Below are positions 1 through 12,764 of a DNA stretch of 64,000 bases, piece by piece; position 1 is the first letter of the stretch, and every line of letters starts with the position of its first letter. Source of the stretch: Selaginella moellendorffii (taxonomy: Eukaryota; Plantae; Lycopodiophyta); NCBI RefSeq assembly GCF_000143415.4, contig NW_003314264.1, positions 90,107 through 154,106 on the forward strand. Direction: 5' to 3'. The position numbers and the translations under genes are program-made. The notes beneath the pieces are model-generated. The model saw only the letters and a program-made list of their open reading frames with translations. It did no database searches and was not told the origin of the DNA.

Positions 1-1
1 C

Positions 2-1762
2 TTGTCAAAGCCCGACCTAAGAGGGAAACAAGGTCGGTGGGCCAATGCCTTGGCCGAGTTTGATTGCGAAATTCTGTATAAGCCTGGGAAGAGCAACATC
101 GTGGCGGATGCGCTAAGTCGAAAAGCGAGCTTGAAGTTGGCAATATCCAGCGCAACAGCAACCTTCTGGGACGATGTGCGGACAGCATATGAGAACGATG
201 GTCTAGCACAAGAAGTGTTGCTGAGGAATCTAGAGGCGCGGGAAGCTCACCAGAGAGGTGAGCTGCCAACGGAAGAGAAAACAGGCTATGCGGAACGCAA
301 CGGACTCATTTATTACAAGCAAACGAGGGTGTATGTTCCAGAAGGGGAACTAAGGAAGGTGGCCTTAGAAGAGTGTCATGACGGACCTCTTGCGGGACAC
401 GGCGGAGTGCCCAAGACGATGGGCTTACTCAAGAGGAAGTACCATTGGCCAGATATGGCTAAGGACGTCCAAGACTATGTAAAGACATGTCCAACATGTC
501 AGCAGGTCAAAGCCGTGACTAAGGCTAGTGGGGGCTTGTTGCAAAGCATCCCAATTCCAGATCGCCCGTGGAAATGTCTTACGATGGACTTCATCACGGG
601 ACTACCCCCAAGCGAGGGGTTCGATGCGATATTCGTGGTGGTGGACCGATTTTCAAAGATGGCACATTTCATACCCACCACAATGGACGTGGATGCGGAA
701 GGTGTGGCGAAGCTGTTCTTTGAACAAGTGGTTCGAGTGCGGGGAAGGCCGGAAGAGATTATCTCAGATCGAGATAAGATCTTCACTAGTAGGTTCTGGA
801 GGACACTCCTAGAACAGTATCGCACCAAATTGAAATTCAGCACAGCCTATCACCCACAGACAGGTAATGGGTATTAAGTCAAGATTGATGGCACTAACAC
901 TTCTTGACAGACGGACAAACGGAAAGGGTGAATAGGCAGCTGGAGGATTATTTGCGATGCTATGTCTCGGGAGACCAGACCGACTGGGTAAGTCATTTGG
1001 GACTTGCGGAAATGTGTTATAACAACTCACCACACTCAAGCATCGGGGTGAGTCCATGGGAAGTCATCAATGGGCGAGCTATTGAAGGTCCTGTGGAACT
1101 CGGCGTGGCCGAGTATCATGGAGAGTTACCCGCAGTGGAGGCATTCACGGCGGAAAGACTCAACATTTGGAATCTAGTGAGGGATTCCTTGGAACGGGCT
1201 CAACAAAGGCAAACTAAGTACGCGAACCAAAAGCGTCGGGATGTGGAGTTCCAAGCTGGGGAGAAGGTGTGGCTGAACACCAAGAACCTCAGCCTACCAA
1301 GCTGGATCAGCCGAAAGTTGACCCAAAGGTAAAGACGCATGAATTCCTGTAAATGAATTGATCTTGAGTTCCTTAAGCAGGTTCGCGGGGCCTTATGAAA
1401 TTGAGGCACGAATCGGTAAAGTGGCTTACCGACTCCGACTTCCTCGAGAGATGGGGAAGATGCACCCAGTGTTCCACGTGAACTTACTCAAGCCGTACTT
1501 TGAGGATCCGCTTCGCAAGGACCAAGTGAGACCTTTACCTGAGGTTATCCAAGGGGAAGAGGAATACGAAGTCGAGGCCATCCTCAATGCGCGCAAGAGC
1601 AAGCGACAAGGACGCGAGGTGAGAGAGTTCCATGTGAAGTGGAAAGGATTTCCACACTGCGAAGCAACATGGGAACCGGAGGAGAACCTAGCGAACGCAC
1701 GAAATCTAGTGGAGGAATTTCTGCAAGGCAGAACTTTATGTACTTATGCAAAATTCAATTAA
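2..1762 (+). CDS. pol: Pol polyprotein C-terminal part (RNase H-integrase-chromodomain), spliced: join(<2..863,911..1328,1381..1762)
   Basis: ORFs 2-877, 904-1332 and 1358-1762 join in frame when two GT-AG introns are removed, giving ...STAYHPQT-D-GQTERVN... and ...KLTQ-R-FAGPYEI...; no other stops or frameshifts. Confidence 0.9.
864..910 (+). other. Spliceosomal intron 1 in the integrase core (47 nt, phase 1)
   Basis: CAG|GTAATG donor, CACTAAC branch-point match at 892-898, TTCTTGACAG acceptor; excision rebuilds GAC (Asp) of HPQTDGQTE. Confidence 0.9.
1329..1380 (+). other. Spliceosomal intron 2 just before the GPY/F motif (52 nt, phase 2)
   Basis: AAG|GTAAAG donor, TTCCTTAAGCAG|G acceptor, AT-rich; excision rebuilds AGG (Arg) of KLTQRFAGPY. 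Confidence 0.88.
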
Positions 1763-2151
1763 AAATATCAATTTGCAAAGTTGAGCAAATGGCATATGTT
1801 GGGACCCGAAGGCGCGCCAAAGGTAAGCTAATTAGCATGGGTTGGATAGGTCGACCAGGCGTAGGGCACTACGCCCGACTCCCTGCGGGGATGTCGAATC
1901 CGTAGACGTATTCTACGGAGGTTGGGTTCGAGTCCCAACCCCCTAGTAAAGCAAGGCTAGGTTCAAGTCCTGACCCTATACTAGGGCGTGGTGAGGTGAG
2001 GAGTATAGGGACACCTATATTCCGTTGTCATGGGCTCTTGGCCGGGGAGGCTAACTTAGGCACACCGCTAAGTGGGGGGATGCCCCCGGAGACATGGACA
2101 ACAAGTCGTAGGATAAAACGAGACGTTCGATGTGGGCATCGAACTTCTTCT

Positions 2152-2165
2152 ATGGGTGGTGGAGT
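2152..2165 (+). other. Polypurine tract of element A
   Basis: ATGGGTGGTGGAGT immediately before the LTR TG; preceded by the hairpin GTTCGATG-TGGG-CATCGAAC at 2125-2144. Confidence 0.75.
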
Positions 2166-3313
2166 TGTAAGGAACCGACTCCCCGAGATGTCGTAGGCTA
2201 AAGGATCCCCAAAAGCTTGACCGAAGTGACAAAGAGTTCATCGGATGGGACCAAGTCGAGGATCGAGTCCAAGACCGACTCTAGGACCGAGTTCGAGATA
2301 GAGTCCGGAATCGAGTCCGAGACCGACTCGGGGACCGAGTTCGAGTCCGAGTTCGAGACCGAGTTCGAGACGGAGTCCGAGATCCGAAATCGGGTCCAAG
2401 ACCGAGTCCGAGGTCGAGTCCGAGGTCGGGTCCGAGATCGGGTCCGAGATCGAGTCCGTGATCGAGTCCGAACCCGAATCCGAAGTCGGATCCGAAATCG
2501 GGTCCGAGATCGAGCCAGAGACTAAGTCCAAATACTAATACGGGTCAAGGGGTGAAAGCCCAAAGCGTGCGTCTCCCAGGGGGGGGGGGCTGCAGGGGGT
2601 TCCAAAAGTATAGTAGGGATAGTGAGGTCCAGGAACCAGTTTTGAAGGGACTCTCCAATTGGGCTTCCAAACCGACTTGAGGTTGGGACTGGGACCGAGG
2701 GGCCTTGGGTGGGAGTGAGCATGGACTTGGCTGGTGCCGGAGGGGCCATCCAAGGAAGTGCTCAAGAGCAGCTCCCACTCCCGAAAGGGAAACCGATTGC
2801 GGTGCTCCCGGCTCATGTGGAGTGGTGCCCCACTTGAGTACCATGCGGCTCATTGGTCCTCGCCCTTCCTAGGGGCTTGGGCCTTCCTTCGGGATGGAAG
2901 TGGGGGGCGAGAGGTACCCATACCGGGCCGCTAGGCCACGGTGTTTCGCCCCGGCGTCCCGAAGCAAGTGTTGCACTCAAGACTTGGGATTTAGAGGGTC
3001 CCATGATCAAGTCTTGTGGTACCAAGGGATGTTAGGAACCTGGAAGCTTGGTGTGCTTGGCTGCTTGTGCTTGCGGGGAGTGTAGCCGAACCTTAAGTCC
3101 AGTCTAACCCGGGGAGGGGGATTGGGAGTGATTTGGGAATCCATGGAAGGATGGCCAACACTCCGTTGCTCGTGCAGTGAGTAGCTGAAACCAAGTAGGA
3201 GCTGGTACCATAGGCAAGAACCTTGGCGAGGGAACTTAGCAAAAGCCAAGGCAGTGTTGGACGGATAGGCGAGGTAAGCTGGCAAAGTGGAAAGGAAAAA
3301 TTTGTGGCTTACA
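2166..3313 (+). repeat. 3' LTR of element A (~1.15 kb)
   Basis: Begins TGTAAG after the PPT and ends CTTACA, a 6-bp terminal inverted repeat; contains the poly-G/GTATAGTAGGGA core shared with other LTRs in the window. Confidence 0.8.
2240..2525 (+). repeat. CpG-rich tandem array in LTR U3 (6/12-bp units, consensus ~GAGTCCGAGATC)
   Basis: Direct reading: GAGTCCGAGACC / GAGTTCGAGTCC / GGGTCCGAGATC repeated. Confidence 0.9.
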
Positions 3314-4166
3314 GGAGATTTGTTAGCCCTAAGAATGGCATCTAGGCCACTCAACCTTTGCACTTGGTCCAAGTGCTCCACGTGTCTGATCCCATGACCG
3401 ACACCCCAAAGGTACCACTAATATATCAGCCTGTTACGCTAAGGCCATGCATATTTGCCTTTGTCACATTGGTGATCCAACACCACCTACATCACAGTTT
3501 CGTCTCTCAAAGACTAGGCCATCCACCCATGAGTGATCATCCCAGATCCACTCCTTAGCATCCTCAAGATGCCCGTAGACATGGGGAACAACCTTCCCCA
3601 ACATCCCTTTTTCAATCCCTACCAAGTCCCTTTCTGTCCACGGCCGTATTCGCCAACATTGCCATTGGGGTCAAGGCCCATAGGCTCGACCACTATGCCC
3701 CACTGGCCACGGGGATTTCCTTGCCACATGACTACATCCTTGGTCACCACACAAAAGGACTGCTCTTCTTCCTTTCCACAATCCGGGACCTTGGGACAAC
3801 ATTTCGGAACACTGTGGCCCTATGTGGTCCTCTTGGGTACTCTCCCCACCTTCTGCCTTTGGGTGCTCTAGCCATGGGCTTAGAGCGAGGTTTCGTTGAG
3901 CCACACCAGATATCCAAGTAGGTAGTGCCACCCATGCTTGGACTGGGAGCATCGACCATTCGATCTCTCAGGAGAACTACAGTCGGCTCTTGAACACTTC
4001 ACCAAACTTCCCTGCTTGTCTGTCCGTATTCACTCTAGCTTTGGACTCCTCAATGGAAATATCATCACCCAACACCTAGGCATAGCCTTCTTGGGTCACA
4101 CTAAGCTTTCCTTTTACTAGGGTCCAACCCCCACACTCTCCCTACTATACTGTTGGAACCCCCTTG
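3314..4166 (-). mobile_element. Truncated LTR-like relic in opposite orientation, probable insertion target of element A
   Basis: Reverse complement of 4125-4165 reads GGGGGTTCCAACAGTATAGTAGGGAGAGTG, the same core as the other LTRs; GC-rich, no credible ORF. Confidence 0.55.
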
Positions 4167-4256
4167 TAGGTTTTTTTCCCTGTATTTTCAGACTCTATAC
4201 CTTGTTTCATCTCTCTTTCCTTGTTCATTTGTCTTCTTTCTTCTCTACTATCCAGC

Positions 4257-7200
4257 TTACATTATTTGAATGTTCTTTAATTTACATGCACATTCTTTTC
4301 CAGCTTTCAGGTCATGATTCTACTGCATCAGACCCTAGGTTATCCTCCAGTGGTCACCTATAGGAGCAAGCCATGGATTCCAAGCATACTTTTAGATATA
4401 CTCGGGATTATTCCAGGGTGTTTAGAGAAGATTCATTGTTGAGTCTGAATGATACAACAGATTCCTCTTGGCATTTACAATGTGTTTGGATGACATCTCG
4501 ATAGTGCAGTGAGGTTGTGAGCTAGCCTCGTAGCACTCTAATCCTTACTCTAAGTGAGAGATCTTATACCCAGATCTCACCAAAAGAAACTTCTCCATCG
4601 TCTTGTGATCCATTGTTGACTTCTTGTAAATTTCTGTGCCCATAAATAATTTGACCGGGGTCGACCTCACCTGGACTGGTTAATAAATCAAATGTAGATC
4701 AAAGAAAGAATCTAAAACCTTCTGATAGGTGAATGAGTTTGTTGCAGCCACAGCCAGAATCTGTTAAAAAGCTACTACTGGAACTAGTTGTAGAACCAGT
4801 TGTAGTGAGCAATGGTGAGGCAAATCCTGCAAAGAGTGTCAAGTTTCGGTTACAAAAATAGAGCACACATAGAAAACAAAACAGACCTTGCCGAAACGAT
4901 GAATTCAAGTAGCAATTTCTTGCAGTTTTTGGTCTGCCACAATACCTGGCTTTTGTAGATGTGCTTTCGAGCTCTTTTCCTCTCAACACCGCTGCTGCCT
5001 TGCGTTCCAGTTCTGCAAGGATCTTTAGGTCTTTCGACGCCAGCACTCGCCGTCCAAACAACAGAGGAAAATTTCCTCTTGAACCATGCTCCAGGCGTAC
5101 TTTAAACTTGGAAAACAAAATTCTTTGGTCGCGTGTATCTAGTACTCCATAATCAGACTCTAAACAGCCAGTAATGCCAGTTTCATTGACTTCTCGTTCA
5201 CCTAGCAGTTCTTTTCCTGGTAATGACTTGCTGTCCTCTTGTCTCCTAGTCTCTTTGCAAGCTGGCGATTCTTCTCTTGACACTAGTATATGCTCGTTGA
5301 TTGATTCTTTGTTTGCTGCCCCTTTGCCGTCACCGTAATTTTTGTGTAGGTCCCCATGCCATACCAAAGTCTCTGCCTCTTCCAAATTCAATACTCTGGT
5401 GGACCTTTGAGGCTCAATATAATCTACAAGATATGGATAACGGTCAATGAGCACGCTTTTCTAAACGTTTACTACCTCTATTTATTACTGGTGGAACGTT
5501 TTGTTTGCATCTCCAATGCTCCATATCCTCAATATTTAACGATCTTCCACTAGAAAGTGAACACCTTTCAATGCTTTGAACCAGGTCTGTAACAAAACGC
5601 CATTAAGATATTGTCAACACTTTCTCTGACCTTGAATGCCTTCCATGCGATATCTCGGGCTTGACTGGTTAGGGAATTGAGCCAGCTGGCATTTTTTCGA
5701 TTTATACACTGGATACAAAAAACAGTTAAGACAAATAATTTTTCCACAGCATACTTTGATCATCTTCATCCACATTTTCCGTGTTACATGGAATTTGAAT
5801 TGTCCTCTCGGAAAGCCCAGCGAGTTCTAGATAAAATTGCAGAGTTCTAGTATTTAACAATGATCAAAAGTGAACATGCACGTACCGTTCTTGGTTTCGT
5901 CCAAGTACTTCATGATATTTTCAGAGTGCTGTATAGTTGAAGGATCCAATGGTGGTGAGTTTCTTGTTCTGGCCTTTTTCGTTGTTATTAGGAGCGGACA
6001 TACCAAGTCCCTTCCGCTGGATTTTGTATGAGCTGCCATGGAAGGAATAGGCGTCAAGACTGCCTCAATCTGTGCTTCGCGTCCAGGACTAGAAACAGGA
6101 GAACTAGGAGTTGAAGGTGACGAAGAACTAGTCTCATTTACAGTCTGGATTTCTTTCCCATGAAACGCCGCAAACTGTTGCCCTGATGATGACGGTTCAC
6201 CAGCATAAGTCTGTCTGGAAAGTTCAGAATATAACTGAGACTGGATCGGTTGCTGTATCATAGGTATAACTACAGGAATTGGAACAGGTAAAATAACGGG
6301 TAGTCTCTCCTCAAAAACATTTGAGATTTGCAACCCAACCGTTCTCTGGACCTTCAGGGACGGTCTCCTGAGCCCTACAGAAATGTTCTGAATGCTACTG
6401 TGATCACTGGTAGATGCAACGGCAGATGCACTAGCTGCTTCACATTTTACTTGAGCTTCTTGTCCCAGAGGCTCTACCTCGTTTAATTTCTTTGGAAACC
6501 GTGAAACTTCAGTTTCCGATCTGTTACATAATAAAAGAAGACATGGCTAAAAAGCTCAATGAGAAGTTTACCTTTCTGTCGACTGGCGGTCTACAATTTC
6601 CACAGTGAGTTTTAGATCCGGCCTCGTGATCGATGTAACGTGTTGAACACCGGGAGATGAACCAAAACCGTGACTTACCTCCTGTAAAATCGCTGGGGCA
6701 ATTGCTGAGATCGGGGAAGGCGGCATAGGAATGTTGGAAGGCTGCGTAGCATATGAAGTAGAAGCTTCAGCTGAAACGTTATTTTTGACCCTGTTCTCTT
6801 CTTCCAATAAGTTCTTTAGTAAAACTTCCACCACCGACCGTTTGTAGAGTTCTTCTTCGAGGCTCTTTTTATAAGGGACTTCCGGCTTACAAACTAGACT
6901 GCTAGGACCAGGCAAAGTTACACGGTCAACCACGTGGAAGGAGTCAACCGGAAAGCTAGAAGATTCAACTCCTCTCCTTGCGACAGTCTGGGTGCAAGTA
7001 GCCAAAGCTTGATCTTTGACAAGCCCCTTCCCTCGGCCCTCGTGATTGTCTGTGGTTTGGTTCTCACTTATCTGGAGAAATTGGTCCTGTCTCACGTACT
7101 GTTTACTTGAGCCTTTCACTTTCTGTGTCTGAGATGCAATAATTCTTTCCTTGTCCGGATCTGCTCCTTTTTTATCCAACTCACTGATGCAAAAATCCCC

Positions 7201-9646
7201 AACCACGACCCAGTCTAGTTTTCGCTTGTCAGAAACTCTTTCCTGTGTTTCCGTGTCGTTTGTTATGCGCAGCGGTGGCTCACCCCTTGAAGTCTCAACT
7301 GGAGAATTCAAAGGTTTATAGTCACATTTTTCTCCTTTAAAAACATTGCGTCCTTTTCTCTTCAGGTCTACACTGTCGTCTTTGTTCCGGTGACTGTGCT
7401 GTTGGCTTAAAGCATTTGATAACCAGTTGTAGTGCTTCCCAGATTTAAATATGGAGTGTGGAGGTCGTACAGTTAGTCTTTTGACTGCCCCGGAAAGGTT
7501 AAACATATCAGGCTCCTCTTCCTTCTCCAAGTCCTGAAGGATGTCAGCTGTTTGTTTGTTCACAGTTATACGCCTCACCCATGCCGGTACTGTTCCCTTA
7601 TTGTTAAGATTTGTACTTTCTTCCCCGATGGCAGCACATGTGTTCAACTTTTTGACGCGACCCTCCAATTGTTTATGAGATTTGTACATTAATGGCTGAA
7701 TCTTACCAGAATTCGAGCGAAGAAGTTTGGATCCAGATTCTCGAGCAGGAGATCTTGTTGTGCGTGAGCGCTTGGATCCCAAAGCATTCATCTGGGCGTT
7801 TGTGCCGGAATTTAACACCTTTTCAAGGTCAAAACTACCGAAGGAAATCGATAAATGCTCCTGTTGGAACCTCTCCAGCTGAGTTCTCTCCACAGTAAAT
7901 TGCCCGAGTTCCTGCAACAACCAAACCAGAATAAAAATAAGAAGAACAAAGTCATAGCTAGCACCGTGCACCTCGTAAATGCGCTCGTAATCAAATTCTT
8001 TTTCGAATTTCATTTTCTCTTTGCCTTTCCTCTTGTTATCCACATTATTTTTATCTCTTCCTAAATTGTCACTCGGTTTCTTTGCAGTAGGTTGATCTTT
8101 GTAAGCCCCCGTGGTTTCCTTGAAATCTTCTGATGGAATTATCTACAGCCAGACAACACTTAGAAATTTGAGCAATAAATGAACCAGATACCTGGGGACT
8201 GCTGCTACACTCTCCATTCCCTTGTGGAGGAATAGGATCTCTTGCAAAAGCCTCTAGTATCCTGCATCCTGTCAGAAGGTCGCCGACTTTCTCTCGACAT
8301 CTCTCCATAAACTCATCTTTCAAATGCGTTCGTCGCACTAACGGTGGTTCCACAGCTTTGCCTTTATTGACTAATCTTCCAAGATACTTCTTCTGCTTCT
8401 TTGACGAAACATCACACACATGATGGTCGCCTGGATCAGACATTTGTGTTAATTTGGTCCCTGAGATAGCGTTGTTATGGTTTGGAATTGAAAATGTCGG
8501 TACTTCATCTGGAAGGACGCATTGGATTTCTTTATTTTCGGCACAAGGTTCTTCGTGTAAAAGGCAGCATTGAGTTTCTTTCGCCTGTGCACAAGAGTGT
8601 ATATGCAAATCATATTGACTCTAGCTTACCGGTCTTTGTTCAGGTGTGCTTGTAATTTCCCTAGAAAGCTCTTCAGTAATTTGAGATTCCGGTCGAGCTT
8701 TCACTTCAGACCCATTAACGGGCTTTAAATTTATGCAACCTTTCCTTTTAACAGGGGCGGTGATGTCTGTGAGAGCATGAGATGTTAATGCCGATACAAC
8801 TTCTTCCAAGTAGGCATGTGCCTCGTTTGTTCCGGACTCGACTATTGTGGATCCAAAAACAAGGCTATTAACAGGTTTCCCTGTGTCTAGTTTCTGCTTA
8901 TAAAAAATTAGACAGATGCTTAAGAGAGCATGATAAACCCAACCTCAAGAATGTTTTTAATTTTCCCTGTCAACCGTTTTCTTGTGACTGGCTTTATGTA
9001 TTGTCGACCGGCCTTTTTCAGCGATTCAGTTGGATAGTCAACTATTTTTTCTGGTGATGATACTCCAGTATCTTTAATGTGAACGTTCATAGAGCTCGAC
9101 GCAAGCACCATCTCTCCAGCAGGGAAACGCACTGAACTACTGCTATTTCCGTCACTTCTTGGCATGGGCTCTCTTGGCGACTTACTCGGGGGCAAAGTTA
9201 CTCGAGGAATATCTGAGATAACGTCTTCGTTCCTGCATTCCTCAACGAAAACTTGTCCCTGGTTTGCAGTGAATAAAGTAGTGGCAGTTATACGAACTCT
9301 TGGAGAAGCTTTGCTGGAATCACCAGCCTCCACATTGCTTTTGCAGTCAGTTGGTACTTTTGATTCAGGAAAGCAGTCCCAGGCTTTGACAGTAGACTTG
9401 GACAATTCCTGCTTTGTCTCCTCCAAGCATCCAATAGAATCCCACACCGACTGTTTCTCGTTGCAGCTATCCGAATCAGTGGCGGCAGCATTCTGTGAGA
9501 AGTTCGGGGTCCTAATGCTATCGATCTCGTTCTGAAACCTGTGATACTCGGCCCTAAGCTTGTCCAGGCCAAACTCTTTCTTCTTTCTGCAATCGCTAAC
9601 ACAATAATTTTTTTAAAACCAAATTTGCGTAGGCTTACTTCAGCAT
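4257..9646 (-). CDS. Large multi-exon host gene, Ser/Lys/Glu-rich, function unknown (boundaries approximate)
   Basis: Chain of long minus-strand ORFs (8920-9447, 8621-8809, 8069-8608, 6568-8043, 5854-6333, 4699-5454) separated by short GT-AG intron-like gaps; no domain recognised; may be more than one gene. Confidence 0.6.
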
Positions 9647-9951
9647 AATGCATCAGCTCCTTTCGTAAAATAATGGCTGATTGCACTGCGAGGCATGAAC
9701 AGAAGAAGTTTCTCTTTCTGCACTTTCTGTAACACTCTCCCATTGGTGCAAGAACATCCTGCTAAGAGCCCTAAAGACAAAATGGGCGGGAAAGAGTTTA
9801 AGGGGCAAGAAAAACCAGACTATTTTTGTCGTTTCGCAACCGAGCTTGAAACTTGCTAAATCATTTTCAAACTTGAGATTGGCGATATCTATTGGTAATT
9901 AAAGAATCTACTAGAAGAGCTTGTGATTTTTTTTTTCATGTTTGACACAGG

Positions 9952-11517
<1,566 letters not shown>

Positions 11518-12740
11518 CGCCTCTGGCCCAGCGGTTGCCACATGACGCTAAACCCTATTTGAGTATATAATAAAATACTATAGATTGAATTGGACTCTCA
11601 TCCCAATCGTGCGCAATCTTGAGCCATGCAAAAGTGGATTCCAATAGATTGTCTAAGGCAGGAACAGTGATCCTAAAATATGGACCTTTTTGACCTTTTG
11701 ATGCTCATACTAAAAAAGAAATTAATAAAAGTTATAGCTTGAGAAGTTGGCTGTTCTTTTGCATCCTTTGCAGCCGTAGTACCTCTTCTCAACTTCAAGC
11801 TCCAGAAAAGTGAGAAGAGGTAGTTGTGGCTTGTTGGTGGCCCAAGAGGTTGTTTAAGCAGTAGATTTTCTTGTTGCTAAAATAAGAATTGTCAGACTTC
11901 TTAAGATGGATCATTCTATGTGGGTGGAAAGAGTGTGGGAAGAGGCTATATTCTTTTTTATGTAGTTTATGTCTTATCTTCTTTTTTAAGAGGTTGTCTC
12001 TTGATGGCCTTTCCCTTTGAAACTTGTCATGCCATCAAGAACTTCAAAGAAAACCTTGTTGGGCCAAAAGACAATTGTTGGATGAATGAAAGACTGTTTC
12101 TATCACCAAAATTGTATGTGTCAAGTGACCAATGGTTTCATTTTTTCTAATACTTCATTTTTCTGCTTGGTAGAATGGACATGAGACTAGAGAACTAGAC
12201 AAGAAGCTTTTTGGCCGGCCGCATGAAACATTTTACTGGGAAAGCTCAAAGTTGCTCTTTCTTTGTACATCTCTAACAAGAACAGTGTTCGGAGTGTCAT
12301 GGCGTGAAATGAACGACTGTGTACGATACAACATTCCAAGATAATCTGGCAGAATTAAGCGGATTTGCTAACACATTTCGGATTACTATGGGTCATGAGA
12401 CCAGAGCTCCACTTTGGAAATGTTATCGAGTTATTGAGCTCTTAACTTGCATCTGGCTGAGAAGGATGCTGAAGGGATAGGTGAGTAGTATTGAGTTATA
12501 CTCAAGAGTTTCTTATAGATCAAAATCAATGGGGATATTGTTAGTTAATCAGGTATGGTTTTCTTACTGTCTAGCCGGTGTGAGGTTTCCTTGGAAAAAC
12601 CGACCATTCCGTTTGTTTGAAAGGACTCTGTCCGTTGTTCATCCGGAACGAGGCCAAGGAGAAAATGGGAGGAGGAAACAAGTGGCATTCCTGTGTCGGA
12701 GACATCAAGTCTCACGCTGGTTTTGGCTGGATGTGAGCAT

Positions 12741-12764
12741 CTCTCTCTCTCTCTCTCTCTCTCT
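12741..12764 (+). repeat. (CT)12 microsatellite
   Basis: Direct reading. Confidence 0.95.

Larger units (their letters stand above)
1..3313 (+). mobile_element. Ty3/gypsy chromovirus LTR retrotransposon, 3' half (element A): end of RNase H, integrase, chromodomain, 3' UTR, PPT, 3' LTR
   Basis: RNase H tail (RQGRW..LAEFDCEILYKPGKSNIVADALSR), integrase HHCC (CHDGPLAGHGG...CPTCQ), TMDF / ISDRD / GQTE catalytic motifs, GPY/F module, chromodomain (YEVEAIL...FHVKWKGF...TWEPEENL), purine tract, then a TG..CA LTR. Confidence 0.95.

Noticed and set aside
864-910. Programmed frameshift, readthrough or random decay as the cause of the pol breaks
   Set aside because: Each break is an extra 47 or 52 nt bounded by GT-AG whose exact removal restores conserved motifs; no slippery site is seen and there are no other lesions.
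1823-1858. Possible third intron (AAG|GTAAGC donor in the 3' UTR)
   Set aside because: There is no reading-frame test, and the nearest CAG acceptor gives only 36 nt without a pyrimidine tract; unsupported without reads.
1899-1986. tRNA gene or SINE
   Set aside because: T-arm-like loops are present, but no acceptor stem, D-arm or anticodon arm could be built.
2217-2531. ORFs with RDRV / ESE / SDS repeats, or a CRISPR-like array
   Set aside because: By-products of a hexamer tandem array; no unique spacers; eukaryotic LTR context.
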